This document shows positions 43,188 through 53,456 of a DNA stretch of 64,000 nt, piece by piece. Under the pieces are notes generated by a model. The model saw nothing but the letters and a program-made list of their open reading frames with translations, made no database searches and was not told where the DNA came from. The translations under genes and the position numbers were made by a program. Origin of the DNA: a candidate division WOR-3 bacterium (GTDB lineage Bacteria; Hydrothermota; Hydrothermia; LBFQ01); contig JALUCS010000097.1 of assembly GCA_027050205.1 (NCBI GenBank), positions 1 through 64,000 on the forward strand, given 5' to 3'. Each line of letters starts with the position of its first letter. The stretch's first letter is position 1.

Positions 43188-44402
43188 ATGGAGAGGTACG
43201 ACGCCGTAGTAGTCGGTGGCGGACCGGCCGGCTCAATGGCCGCCCGCAGGTTGGCCGAGGGAGGGGCGAAGACCCTCCTCCTTGAGAAGCGTCCGGAGTT
43301 CGGGCAGGTGGTACAGTGCGCCGAGGGGATCTCCCACCAGTCCCTTACCCTATACTTTGACGCAGATCCGAGGTTCATAGCCTCCGTAATAAACGAGGCC
43401 CGCTTCTACTCCCCGGACGGGGACTTCTTCACCGTCAGGAAGGAGAGGGTAGGGTACGTCCTTGAGCGGAAGATCTTTGACAGGTACGTCGCCCAGACGG
43501 CCGCCGAGGCCGGGGCAGAGCTTCTGACCAAGGCCCACTTTACGAAGCTGGAAAGGAAGGGGGAGGGCTGGCTCGTACATTTCAAGTACGGGGGGAAGGA
43601 GGAGGTGGTGGAGGCCCGCCTCGTGATAGGGGCGGACGGACCCGGCTCCAACGTTGGGAGACAGGCCGGCTTAAAGTTGGACCTCGCCCCGGAGGACTAC
43701 CACTACGCCGTTGAGTACTTCCTCGTCCATCCAGCCGTGGAGGACGGGAGGATAGACTTCTTCGTGGGGGACTGGTGCTGCTGGAAGGGGTACGGGTGGA
43801 GCTTCCCCAAGGGTGGCCACTACGGGAACGTCGGGGTCGGCGTTGCCGTTCTGCCGGAGGGGGAGTCGGCCGACCTCTACCTCAACCGCTTCGTATCCCA
43901 CTACTTCAAGGGGGCGAAGATAATGGGCAAGACCAGCAGCGTCGTCCCGGTGGGTGGCCATCGGATGCAGATATACGGGGACGGCATAATGGTGGTGGGG
44001 GACGCCGCCCGCCTCGCCGAACCCATATCGGGGGGTGGGATACCGGCCGCCCTCGTCTCCGGTAGTATCGCTGGCGAGGTGGGGGCGAAGGCCCTGAAGG
44101 AGGGGGACCTGTCCGCCAACCGCCTCAAGGAGTACCACGACCGGTTCTGGAAGGTGATAGACCGGCGGGAGTACGAGTTGGCCTACGAGATAAGGCGGAT
44201 ATTCCTCAAGATGAACGACGACGACCTCCGCTACATCTTCTCCAAGCTCAAGCCCCTCTTTGACGGGGTTGAGATAGATGAGATAGACGCCTTCAAGTGG
44301 GCGCGGTACATCTTCACCAAGGCCCCGGACCTCCTCCTCTTCGCCGCAAAGAAGGCTGGCCCCGCCTTCGTGGATTACCTTAGGAGGGCCGTCGGGTTAT
44401 GA
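43188..44402 (+). CDS. Geranylgeranyl reductase family flavoprotein (DGGR-like)
   Basis: YDAVVVGGGPAGS, QCAEG, LERKIFDR, IGADG, GYGWSFPK, VGDAA...P..GGGI. Confidence 0.85.
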   Translation: MERYDAVVVGGGPAGSMAARRLAEGGAKTLLLEKRPEFGQVVQCAEGISHQSLTLYFDADPRFIASVINEARFYSPDGDFFTVRKERVGYVLERKIFDRYVAQTAAEAGAELLTKAHFTKLERKGEGWLVHFKYGGKEEVVEARLVIGADGPGSNVGRQAGLKLDLAPEDYHYAVEYFLVHPAVEDGRIDFFVGDWCCWKGYGWSFPKGGHYGNVGVGVAVLPEGESADLYLNRFVSHYFKGAKIMGKTSSVVPVGGHRMQIYGDGIMVVGDAARLAEPISGGGIPAALVSGSIAGEVGAKALKEGDLSANRLKEYHDRFWKVIDRREYELAYEIRRIFLKMNDDDLRYIFSKLKPLFDGVEIDEIDAFKWARYIFTKAPDLLLFAAKKAGPAFVDYLRRAVGL

Positions 44403-45298
44403 TGCCGTACCTCCTCGCCGCCTCTTACGTCTCAATAGAGGTGAGACTGACGGAGATGCTCATAGGGAGGAACGTCAGCGGCTACACGGCCTCCCGCAGT
44501 GGAAGGCTCTTTGACGAGGTCAAAGGGGTCATATACGTGAGCCGCCCCAACGTATGGGTCCGACTCTCCCAGCCCTTCGCCGCCTGCTCCGACCTCAAGG
44601 CCCTCTACGATGGACAGCCGGCCGACGTGCGACTCCTGGCCTCCCCCCTCCTTGAGGGGGCAATAAACGTCCTCGCCTGGAGTCCCGACAAGCCCGACCG
44701 TATGGCCGTAGTGAGGCTGAAGACCTCCCTGAAGAGCGACACCGAGAGGTACGAGATGCCCGGCTTCAAACTGCGGCTGGAGAGGGGGAAGGTGGTCAAG
44801 AAGGACACCTCCTATACCCTCGTCGTCTCCGGAAGCCGAATAAAGTGCGAGGAGGAGGAGGTTAGGCTCTTCCCCCTTGGGAAGGCCCTGAAGGACCCGA
44901 CCTTCATATGGACGGGGCGGGAGGTATGGGTATTGGACGGCAGGGACCTCTACGCGTACCGCAAGGGCAAACTGGTAAGGCTCCGCACCTTCAAGGACGA
45001 GGTCTTTCCAACGGCCGACGGCGAGGGGACGGTGGCCTTCTACTCCTCCCGCAGGGACAGGCTCCTCATCCTCCGCTTCTCCCCCGGATACTCCTCCGTC
45101 TCCTCCACCGAACTCAAGGGCATATCCAAGGACGTCCGGGGGGAGTTCGTCTCCATCCACTCCGTAAGGGAGGTTAAGAGGGGGGAGGGGATCGGAAACT
45201 GGAGCATAATCCTGACCTTCCGGAAGGACGGAAAGCTGTACTACGTCAAGGTACGGAGGGAGGGGAAAGGCTACACCGTTGAGAGCGATGGGCCGTAG
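44399..45298 (+). CDS. Hypothetical protein, probably exported
   Basis: Overlaps the upstream stop; genome-typical codon use; beta-rich. Confidence 0.6.
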   Translation: MMPYLLAASYVSIEVRLTEMLIGRNVSGYTASRSGRLFDEVKGVIYVSRPNVWVRLSQPFAACSDLKALYDGQPADVRLLASPLLEGAINVLAWSPDKPDRMAVVRLKTSLKSDTERYEMPGFKLRLERGKVVKKDTSYTLVVSGSRIKCEEEEVRLFPLGKALKDPTFIWTGREVWVLDGRDLYAYRKGKLVRLRTFKDEVFPTADGEGTVAFYSSRRDRLLILRFSPGYSSVSSTELKGISKDVRGEFVSIHSVREVKRGEGIGNWSIILTFRKDGKLYYVKVRREGKGYTVESDGP

Positions 45299-45877
45299 CG
45301 TAGAGTGGCTCTTGGAAACCGCCCGTTATCCTGTGGGGTATAACCGTCGGCAGGGATTGTTGTAAATTTTGACGTAAAATTATTTTTGATACAATTTTTG
45401 ATAGAAAATATGTACCAACGTATCGGAAGGTACCGGGTTTGGACTAAGGAAATGTAGGAACGTTGAGGTATGCTTCCCAAAGGCGTATTTAACATCTTTT
45501 ATGCAGGAAAATTACGATTTTATGCCTTATAACGCCAATCATTTACAACTTTTCCCGTATTTGTGTCATTTCATTAGAGAATATCCCACACAGGAATTGG
45601 TGGAATTTTTGTGATATATTTGTTTTATGTGCAGTAATTGATGGAAAATTTGTGTTATATACGAATACAGAATGACACCAAGAATGGGAAATTTTATTGT
45701 AATTTTGATGATTGCCCGCAACATTTCCAAAAATTTCGGTTCAAATTGGAACATCATTTATATTTTCCATATACAGATTAAGCGTAATTTTCTGCTACAC
45801 TATAGAAGAATCTTCACATTTTCATCAAATTCTGCCCTATCAAAAGTTTCATCAGGTGGCGACACGGTGAAGGTTGG

Positions 45878-46594
45878 CTAATCGCCCCTGACCCTACGCT
45901 TCAGGAAGCGGGTAAGGACCTCGTACAGCTCCCTGACGTCCCCCCTGTCCTTCAGGGCCTCAAGGTGCTTCCTTAGGGTACCCTCGTCCCCCCTAACTAT
46001 GGGGCCGGTCAGCCCCTCTAAGCCCCTTGACAGGAAGTTCCTGAAGGAAACCTCAACGAGGCGGGCGTAGTCCTCACGGGAGAGTCCGAGGGAGGCGAAG
46101 AGCTCCTCACCGGCGGTTAAGGGGGCGTATATGAGGTTGGAGACGAGGACGGCAGCGGCGTGATACAGGGGCTTTCTCTCCGGAGGTATCTCCACCACCC
46201 TTACGGGGAGGCGGGAGACGAGGGCCTCAACCAAACGCCTCGCCCCCTCCGTTCCCTCAAACGTTACGGTTATCCCCTCCCAGAGGTGGGGGTCGGGGCG
46301 GTTGAAGGCCTGTAGGGGGTGAAACGAGAACCTCTCCGGGAAGGGTTTCAGGACGTCGGAGGTTAGCGCCCCGGAGAAGTGTCCCACCGCTCCGTACCTC
46401 CTGCCGCTCTCGTATATTCGTCTGGCCGTTGAGGATACGAAATCGTCCTTAGTGCCTATAAACAGAAGATCCGCGTCCTCCAGCTCCCCCCTACCGCTCC
46501 TCACCTCGTAGGTCAGAACCTCAAAACCTCTACCCTTCAGGAGGAGGGCGAAGGCCCTCCCCACCTTCCCCATCCCCGCGACCTGTACCCTCAC
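45878..46594 (-). CDS. Rossmann-like/DUF2520 oxidoreductase (PanG-like)
   Basis: G.GKVG, H.SGA, FHPLQAF, YHAAAV..SN, LTGPIVRGD. Confidence 0.85.
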   Translation of the reverse strand: MRVQVAGMGKVGRAFALLLKGRGFEVLTYEVRSGRGELEDADLLFIGTKDDFVSSTARRIYESGRRYGAVGHFSGALTSDVLKPFPERFSFHPLQAFNRPDPHLWEGITVTFEGTEGARRLVEALVSRLPVRVVEIPPERKPLYHAAAVLVSNLIYAPLTAGEELFASLGLSREDYARLVEVSFRNFLSRGLEGLTGPIVRGDEGTLRKHLEALKDRGDVRELYEVLTRFLKRRVRGD

Positions 46595-47058
46595 TTCAGG
46601 AGAACTTCGTCCGGATCCTTCCCCTCAATTAGACGCATGTACTCCTTCCACATACACCTGTCCTGAACCACTATCAGGCCCCTCTCAACCAAGGGGGCGA
46701 CCGCCTCGTCGTTCCTTATACCCTCCTGAAGCCAGAAGACCTTCACGTCCCCCCTCTCGTCCAACCTCTTGAGGACGTCCTCCACCACCTCCGGTATGGC
46801 ATGCGGAGGCCTGAAGACGTCCACCCAGTCCACCTGCCCCGGTATGGCGGAGACCTTCGGGTAGGACTTCCGTCCGAGGATCTTGTCTATGGTGGGATTT
46901 ACGGGTATTATGTTGTACCTCTTACCGATGAAGAAACGGGGGACCTTGTGGGCGGGTTTCTCCCTGTTCTTGGAGAAGCCGACGACGGCGATGTTCCTGT
47001 ACTTGTGGAAGAGTTCCCTTATAACGTCGTCCGGGGGGTTTTCAAACCTGACGGCCAT
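46591..47058 (-). CDS. CoA-binding protein (YccU-like)
   Basis: IAVVGFS, PVNP, VDVFRP, FWLQEG, VQDRC. Confidence 0.88.
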   Translation of the reverse strand: MAVRFENPPDDVIRELFHKYRNIAVVGFSKNREKPAHKVPRFFIGKRYNIIPVNPTIDKILGRKSYPKVSAIPGQVDWVDVFRPPHAIPEVVEDVLKRLDERGDVKVFWLQEGIRNDEAVAPLVERGLIVVQDRCMWKEYMRLIEGKDPDEVLLK

Positions 47059-47068
47059 AGTGGGGATT

Positions 47069-48529
47069 CTACGGCCGACCCCTCTTCCTCCGGAAGCCTC
47101 TCCGCTTGAACCTCCTGCGGTACCCTCCCCATCTACCTAAGAGCAGGGATGCCAAACGGCGGATACGGTAGTAGGCCTTGGCTATCGGGGATACTCCAGT
47201 CGGACGTATCACCGGCCTGACCTCCTCCACCTCCGCCCCAATCTCCACCTCCACCGACGGGGACTTCCTTATCCCTATCCTCTGGGAGGGATATACGCTC
47301 CTGTGTCCCGTGATGAGAAAGCTGATTACGCTAACTATGGCGGCGTACGGCCCTATCTTAGGCCCGAATATCTCTATGGCCATTATGCTGGCCGAAATGG
47401 GGGTGTTGGCGGCGCCGGCCAGTACCCCTACGAAGCCGAGGGCGGCGAAGATCCTCCTGTTGAGGTTGAGGAGCTGGGCGAAGAGGACCCCAGAGGTACT
47501 CCCTACGAAGAAGAGGGGCGTCACTATCCCACCGCTACCACCGGAGGCGAGGGTTATGCTGGTGAAGATGGACTTGAGGAGGAAATCGTAGGGCTTGGCC
47601 TCTCCAACCACGAGGGCGTCGTGGATCCTGTCAAGGCCGAGGCCGAGGTAATCGTCGGAAAAGATGAGGGTTAGGGCTATCAGCACCGCCCCACCGAAGA
47701 TGGCCTTATATACGTCCTTCCAGCGGAGTTTGTGGAAAAATGCCTCCGTAAGACGGAGTATCTCTATAAAGATGACGGCGATTATGCCAAAGAATATGCC
47801 GGCGAGGACGCTGTAGGTCAGGAAGTGGGTGATGGATGGGACGTAGAAGCTTAGGGGGAAGTACTCGTAGGATATGCCGAAGGTCCGGGCGGTCTGGTAT
47901 GCCACTATACCGGAGACGAAGGAGGGTAGTATCACCTCGTACATTACACTCCCAAGGAAGAGGACCTCCATACCGAATAGGGCGCCCGATATGGGGGTGC
48001 CGAAGATGGAGGCGAAGCCAGCGCTTATGCCGCAGACGACTATCTTCTTCCTGTCCGTATCGCTGAAGCGGAGGAAGTCGGCGAAAAGGGAGGCTATACC
48101 CGCACCGATCTGGGCGGCCGGCCCCTCCTTACCTACGGATCCTCCCGCTCCGAGGGTTACGACGGTGGCGGCGAGCTTCACCGGTACGACCTTGACGTCT
48201 ATCTTCCCGTTCCTCTTGTGTATGGCCTCTATGACCTTCTCCGTACCGTGTCCCTCGGCCTCCGGGGCGAGGTACTTTATCGTCAGTTTGCTGATGAGGA
48301 TGGCGATGGGGAGGAGGAGGTAGTAGTACTGGACGTCGGCGTGAAGGGAGATGGTTATGTCCAAGGTCTTTAGGAAGAGGGTAGTTGATATGCCAACGAG
48401 TACACCGACGATGGTGGCGAGGAAGATCCACTTGATGACGCTGAAGAAGAGGACGACCTCTTCAAAGAAGACGATCTCAAGTTCCTCCTTGATTATATCC
48501 TTCAGATGTTCGTTCTCTTTATTCCTCAT
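47069..48529 (-). CDS. ClC family chloride channel/antiporter
   Basis: GHGT, GKEGP, FGTP, GGIVTP, ANTPI motifs; likely ATG at 48529. Confidence 0.9.
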   Translation of the reverse strand: MRNKENEHLKDIIKEELEIVFFEEVVLFFSVIKWIFLATIVGVLVGISTTLFLKTLDITISLHADVQYYYLLLPIAILISKLTIKYLAPEAEGHGTEKVIEAIHKRNGKIDVKVVPVKLAATVVTLGAGGSVGKEGPAAQIGAGIASLFADFLRFSDTDRKKIVVCGISAGFASIFGTPISGALFGMEVLFLGSVMYEVILPSFVSGIVAYQTARTFGISYEYFPLSFYVPSITHFLTYSVLAGIFFGIIAVIFIEILRLTEAFFHKLRWKDVYKAIFGGAVLIALTLIFSDDYLGLGLDRIHDALVVGEAKPYDFLLKSIFTSITLASGGSGGIVTPLFFVGSTSGVLFAQLLNLNRRIFAALGFVGVLAGAANTPISASIMAIEIFGPKIGPYAAIVSVISFLITGHRSVYPSQRIGIRKSPSVEVEIGAEVEEVRPVIRPTGVSPIAKAYYRIRRLASLLLGRWGGYRRRFKRRGFRRKRGRP

Positions 48530-48776
48530 TACCCCCTTCCAAGGGGGCAATTCTACCCCCGACGGGAGAACCGTCCCCTACTGCATACCGTACCTTCGCT
48601 CATCCAACGTTCTTTAGAACCGGCAAGCAACCCACAGTCCAGCAACTCCCTATTGAGCTTCAGATTCTATCTAAATTACTAATTCGTTCAAAAATTATCC
48701 TATTTACGATACTTGAAAATTGTTATCAACTTTCACTTGTTGCGGAAACCATATCACCGTTATAATATCCCCGCAT

Positions 48777-50252
48777 ATGATCAGAAAGATCGTTTCCTAC
48801 GTTATCATAGGTTCTGGAGTGTTCTTGGCGGTGATTCCACCCTTAAACGCCCAGCTGTGTCCGTCCAGTTGCCCTACTTCCATAGTGAGCGATACCTTGA
48901 GATTCTGCAGATGTACCATCTATATCGGAGACTCGGCGGACAGGGTCCAACTCGTGACGGATAGATCGGTGACCATCGTGGACGTGGACGGGGATGGCCT
49001 TAGGGATATACCCTTCGGGGTGTGGGCCTACGGCAACCAAGGAGCCTACGTCCTGAAGCAGACCTCTCCCGGAATTCCGGGTAGTTTTGTAGCCTATAGG
49101 ATAAGCTCGCACCCCACCTACGGTATAACGACCATAGGGGACATAAACGGCGATAGCATAAAGGATTTCGCCATAGCAGGGCATTGGGCGAACTACTCCG
49201 TGTATATGCTCCTATCCGACGGCACGTTCCCATCGTACTACGACACCCTCATACGCCGTCATACGGGTTCGCACAACGACCCCAACAGCATCGTTGGACA
49301 CGGAGGATTGATATACTGGAGCGCCTACGACGGTAGTATAAGCTTCTACAACGCCTATACCAACACCCTTGTAGTAAGGAACGACAGCCTCTGCGGTGAC
49401 GGGGTGGCCTTCGGCGACTTCAACGGGGACGGGTACGAGGACGCAGCTTGCAGCAATCGGGGATGGCCGAGATCCAACCATGGGATTTACCTGTACTACT
49501 TTGACGGCTCGTCCTTTTACACTGCTGATACGGTGGATACGACGAGGAAGTGGCAGGGTATATTGGCCTACGATATAAACGGGGACGGGCTTTCGGATAT
49601 CGTAGCAGTGGGAGAGGATGCCTCTATATGGTTCAATCGCGGCGGGTACTTTGAGGAGCTGAAGATAGATGATGATCTGTCTATAGGTAGTATTCCCTTC
49701 GCCCGTGTTAATATAGCCGACCTTGATTGCGATGGGGATATGGACATCGTTGCGGCTACGGCCTGCCCTCCCTCCGGTGGGGCCATACTCAAGTGGTACG
49801 AGCAGGTGGATACCACCACGTGGTTGATCCATCCCATAGACTTCGGAGGGAACGCCTGCTCCGGCACTGCCCCCTATCCCTACGGCGTCCGAGTCGGTCT
49901 CCTCAACGAGACCACGGATACGGGGAGGGCCGACATCGTCATAGTGAGGGGAAACCGGAATATCATTGAGGCGTACTACAACGTCTCACCCATAAACGCC
50001 TGTAAGCCTCTGGGCTGGGAGGGAGATCTCGGTATATCGGAAACCCGTCCCAATCCACGTTGGAACGTCGTCCCATCGCCGGACGGCATCACCGTTATGG
50101 CCGCACGTCCTATACGGGTTAAAATATACGACTCCGCCGGCCGGTTGCTGAAAGACGTTAGGGTGCCGAACGTTGCCCGCATACCTCTCCCTTCGGGGGT
50201 CTTCTTTGCCGTAGGCGAGGGGAGGGACGTCAGGAGGGTCGTCGTAAGGTAG
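48777..50252 (+). CDS. FG-GAP/VCBS repeat secreted protein with T9SS-like C-terminal domain
   Basis: Signal ..PLNA-Q; DVDGDG/GDINGD/GDFNGDG/DLDCDGD repeats; tail IYDSAGRLL...GVFF...VVVR. Paralogue of 40193..41698. Confidence 0.8.
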   Translation: MIRKIVSYVIIGSGVFLAVIPPLNAQLCPSSCPTSIVSDTLRFCRCTIYIGDSADRVQLVTDRSVTIVDVDGDGLRDIPFGVWAYGNQGAYVLKQTSPGIPGSFVAYRISSHPTYGITTIGDINGDSIKDFAIAGHWANYSVYMLLSDGTFPSYYDTLIRRHTGSHNDPNSIVGHGGLIYWSAYDGSISFYNAYTNTLVVRNDSLCGDGVAFGDFNGDGYEDAACSNRGWPRSNHGIYLYYFDGSSFYTADTVDTTRKWQGILAYDINGDGLSDIVAVGEDASIWFNRGGYFEELKIDDDLSIGSIPFARVNIADLDCDGDMDIVAATACPPSGGAILKWYEQVDTTTWLIHPIDFGGNACSGTAPYPYGVRVGLLNETTDTGRADIVIVRGNRNIIEAYYNVSPINACKPLGWEGDLGISETRPNPRWNVVPSPDGITVMAARPIRVKIYDSAGRLLKDVRVPNVARIPLPSGVFFAVGEGRDVRRVVVR

Positions 50253-50293
50253 CGTACCGGTATCCCCCGCCTCACCGCCGGTAGAATACCCCC

Positions 50294-50989
50294 GTGGAGT
50301 TGAAACCCAACCCCGGAAAGAGCCTAACCATAGACGTAAATGGGGAGGTGTGGGCGAGGTACCCCGTAAGGACTCATGTTATAAAACCCGGTGAGGACAT
50401 AGTGGAGGTTGTGGCCCGGTACGTAAAGCCCCACCTCAAGGAGGGGGACATAGTCTTCGTGAGCGAGAAGATAGTCGCCATATCCCAGGGTAGGGCGTAC
50501 CCCATAGACGAGATAAGGCCCTCCTTCTGGGCGCGCCTCCTCTCCCGCTTCGTGACGAAGAGTCCGTACGGCATAGGTCTGGGCAGCCCCTGGACGATGG
50601 AGCTGGCCATAAGGGAGGCCGGCCTTCCCCGTATCCTCCTGGCCGCCTTTATCGCCGCCCTCACCAAACCCTTCGGCATCCGTGGCCTGTTCTACAGGGT
50701 GGCTGGCAGGAACGTCTCGGCCATAGACGGCCCCACCCCCTACACCCTCCCCCCCTACAACCGCTACGCCAAGCTGCCACCGAAGGATCCGGAGGGTGTG
50801 GCCCGCAGAATATCCGAGAGGATAGATGCCCCCGTGGTTATAGTGGACGCCAACGACCTCGGCGTAGAGGCGCTGGGCATATCCCACCCTCAAATATCTC
50901 CCGACTTCGTCAAGGCAGTCTTCAGGGACAACCCCCTCGGCCAGGCCTCCCAGCAGACCCCCCTCTGCATAGTTAGGCGGCTAAAGTGA
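50294..50989 (+). CDS. CofE-like (F420-0:gamma-glutamyl ligase family) protein
   Basis: VSEKIVAISQGR, IDGP, IVDANDLG, DNPLGQ..QQTP. Confidence 0.75.
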   Translation: MELKPNPGKSLTIDVNGEVWARYPVRTHVIKPGEDIVEVVARYVKPHLKEGDIVFVSEKIVAISQGRAYPIDEIRPSFWARLLSRFVTKSPYGIGLGSPWTMELAIREAGLPRILLAAFIAALTKPFGIRGLFYRVAGRNVSAIDGPTPYTLPPYNRYAKLPPKDPEGVARRISERIDAPVVIVDANDLGVEALGISHPQISPDFVKAVFRDNPLGQASQQTPLCIVRRLK

Positions 50990-51028
50990 CCTCCCCGCAC
51001 CTCCCTACAGGCTTATAATATCCACATC

Positions 51029-51664
51029 ATGGTAGAGACCTTGAGAGACCTGTTCGTACGCGGCGGCTTGATGATGTGGTTCATCCTCGCTGTCGCCCTT
51101 ATCGCCACTGCCATCTCCATAGAGAGGTTCTACTCCCTATTCTGGAAAATTCGCGTCAATCCTATAAAACTCGTAGAGCAGGTGATAAAGATAATAGAGG
51201 AGAAGGGCGTCAACGAGGCCATAGAGTTCCTCGCCAACCAGAAGAACCCCGTCGCCAAGGTCCTCGCCGCTGGCCTTGAGAAGGTAGGCAAGTCCAAGGT
51301 GGTGGTAGAGGAGGCTATGACCCGCAGGGCGATCCGCGAGCTGGCCTTCCTGGACCGTGGAATGATATACATCGCCGCATCCGTTACCCTCGCCCCCATC
51401 CTCGGGTTCTTGGGTACGGTCTCCGGAATGATCAACGCCTTTGACGCCATAGCCAAGGCCGGAGAGGTGGAGCCGACCGTCGTGGCCGCCGGTATCTCCG
51501 AGGCTCTGATAACCACAGCCTTCGGTCTGATCGTGGCCGCTCCCTTCTCGCTCCTTTACGCGATCTTTATGGACAGGATCAACTCGTATCAGAGGCAGAT
51601 AGAAGAGGCGGCCAACTTCCTCCTTGAGTACCTCGCCGAGGCGGGTATAGTCAGGGAGGCTTAG
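51029..51664 (+). CDS. exbB: MotA/TolQ/ExbB proton channel protein
   Basis: APILGFLGTVSGMI.AF, GISEALITTA.GL. Confidence 0.9.
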   Translation: MVETLRDLFVRGGLMMWFILAVALIATAISIERFYSLFWKIRVNPIKLVEQVIKIIEEKGVNEAIEFLANQKNPVAKVLAAGLEKVGKSKVVVEEAMTRRAIRELAFLDRGMIYIAASVTLAPILGFLGTVSGMINAFDAIAKAGEVEPTVVAAGISEALITTAFGLIVAAPFSLLYAIFMDRINSYQRQIEEAANFLLEYLAEAGIVREA

Positions 51665-51665
51665 A

Positions 51666-52091
51666 ATGGCCATCATTCAACGGAAGAAGATGGAGGAGGA
51701 GGCTGAAATCCCGACGGCCTCCATGGCCGACATAGCCTTCCTCCTCATCATATTCTTCATGACCACGACCAACTTCGCACGGGAGAAGGGCCTCAAGTTC
51801 CTGCTACCGGAGAAGAAGGAGCAGCCGCAGGAGATAAAGATAGCCAAGAAGAACCTACTCAAGATATCCATCAACGACAGGGGGGAAGTATTCCTCAACG
51901 ACGAGCAGGTAGACCCCAACCGCCTTGAGGAGGAGGTAAAGAGGCGCCTTCAGGAGAACAAGAAGCTGATAATCCTCATACGTACGCACGAGAACGCCCC
52001 CTACGGGATGATGATCAAGGTATTTGACGCCGTAAAGGCCGCCGGAGGCAAGAAGGTCGGTCTCGGCGTAATAAAGGAGGAAGGGTCATGA
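51666..52091 (+). CDS. exbD: ExbD/TolR family protein
   Basis: IPTASMADIAFLLIIFFM. Confidence 0.9.
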   Translation: MAIIQRKKMEEEAEIPTASMADIAFLLIIFFMTTTNFAREKGLKFLLPEKKEQPQEIKIAKKNLLKISINDRGEVFLNDEQVDPNRLEEEVKRRLQENKKLIILIRTHENAPYGMMIKVFDAVKAAGGKKVGLGVIKEEGS

Positions 52092-52495
52092 AGCTGAAGC
52101 GGAAAAAGGAGATGAAGGCCCAGATACCGACGGCTTCCATGTCCGACATCGCGTTCCTCCTTATAATATTCTTCATGACCGTCACTGTGTTCCGGAAGTC
52201 GCAGGGCCTACCCGTCCAGCTACCCTTCGCCAAGACCACCGAGCGTATCCTCAAGCAGCGCGACCTCGCTTTCGTATGGATCGGGCGGAACGGTAAGGTG
52301 AGTGTGGACGACAACATAGTGCCGCCGGAGAAGGTGGCTATAATATTCCGTACCAAAGTTAGCGAGAACCCTACTTTGATAGTAGATATCAAGGCGGATC
52401 AGAACGTTAAGTACCGCTACGTGTATAAGGTTATGGAGGCCCTGCGGGAGGCCAACGCCCTAAGGGTGGTATTTGCTACGAGGAAGGGACAATGA
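52088..52495 (+). CDS. exbD: ExbD/TolR family protein
   Basis: IPTASMSDIAFLLIIFFM, IKAD. Confidence 0.9.
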   Translation: MKLKRKKEMKAQIPTASMSDIAFLLIIFFMTVTVFRKSQGLPVQLPFAKTTERILKQRDLAFVWIGRNGKVSVDDNIVPPEKVAIIFRTKVSENPTLIVDIKADQNVKYRYVYKVMEALREANALRVVFATRKGQ

Positions 52496-53151
52496 AGGAG
52501 AAGGACAAGAAGAGCCTTGTGAAGAAGATCTTCCTCGAGAGCGAGCTTGAGGAAGAGTATACGAGGGACCTTAACGTGGCCTTCACTCTATCTCTGCTTC
52601 TGGCCATAGGGGCTTTCCTCTTCGTAAAGGGTTGTAAGATGGAAAGCTACAAGCCTAAGAAGGCTCAAGAGACCGTCCTTGAGCAGATAGACATCCAGAC
52701 CCAATTTGAGGAGCCACCGCCTCCACCTCCGAAGCCCAAGGTGGCCCTGCCGGAGGAGGTGGAAGAGGTGGAGAGCGAGGCCGAACAGGACACCATAAAC
52801 ATAGCCGAGACGGTGGAGTTTGACGAGGATAAGGAACCTCCTCCGCCCCCTCCTCCGAAGGTGTTTGAGGTTTTTGACGTGGACGAACCTCCGGAGCCGG
52901 TTGTGAACGTCCAGCCGGAGTACCCGGAGATAGCCCGTCAGGCCGGTCTTGAGGGCAAGGTGTTGGTGGAGGCCGTGATAGACGAGAACGGGAACGTGAT
53001 AGACGCCCGCATAAAGTACTCCGACAACGAGATCTTCAACGACGCCGCCCTAGCCGCCATGCGCAAGATGAAGTTCAAGCCGGCGAAACAGAAGGGCATA
53101 CCCGTAAAGGTGAGGATAATACAGCCCTTCATCTTCAAGCTAAGGAGGTAA
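52492..53151 (+). CDS. tonB: TonB protein
   Basis: TM, poly-Pro linkers, PEYPEIARQAGLEGKV...KFKPA. Confidence 0.9.
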   Translation: MKEKDKKSLVKKIFLESELEEEYTRDLNVAFTLSLLLAIGAFLFVKGCKMESYKPKKAQETVLEQIDIQTQFEEPPPPPPKPKVALPEEVEEVESEAEQDTINIAETVEFDEDKEPPPPPPPKVFEVFDVDEPPEPVVNVQPEYPEIARQAGLEGKVLVEAVIDENGNVIDARIKYSDNEIFNDAALAAMRKMKFKPAKQKGIPVKVRIIQPFIFKLRR

Positions 53152-53456
53152 AACATGAGGCGCTTCTTAATAGGGCTTCTGGCCCTGACGATAAGCATAC
53201 CATCCTTCGCGGTGTATGCCGCGAAGCAGCAGAGTGCAGGTAGGTCCGGTGCCACGGTTTTGGGAGCCGACGAGGTGGATAAGGCGCCGGAGGTCATACA
53301 CTACGTTGCCCCAAAGTATCCGAAAGCGGCACTTGAAAAAGGTCTTGAGGGCAAGGTGTTGGTGGAGGCCATCATAGACGAGAACGGGAACGTGATAGAC
53401 GCCCGCATAAAGTACTCCGACAACGAGATCTTCAACGACGCCGCCCTAGCCGCCAT
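52945..53456 (+). repeat. 116-bp direct repeat (52945-53060 and 53341-53456) within two TonB-C domains
   Basis: Copies differ at 2 nt (GTG vs ATC) by manual comparison. Confidence 0.9.

Noticed and set aside
48530..48700. Fluoride riboswitch upstream of the ClC gene
   Set aside because: No GGCGATGG..TCGCC / TGATGAC..CT core, and the protein has GKEGP rather than the CLC-F GREG motif.
50294..50989. F420 biosynthesis implied by the CofE-like gene
   Set aside because: No cofC/D/G/H in the window; stand-alone CofE-like proteins are common in bacteria without F420.
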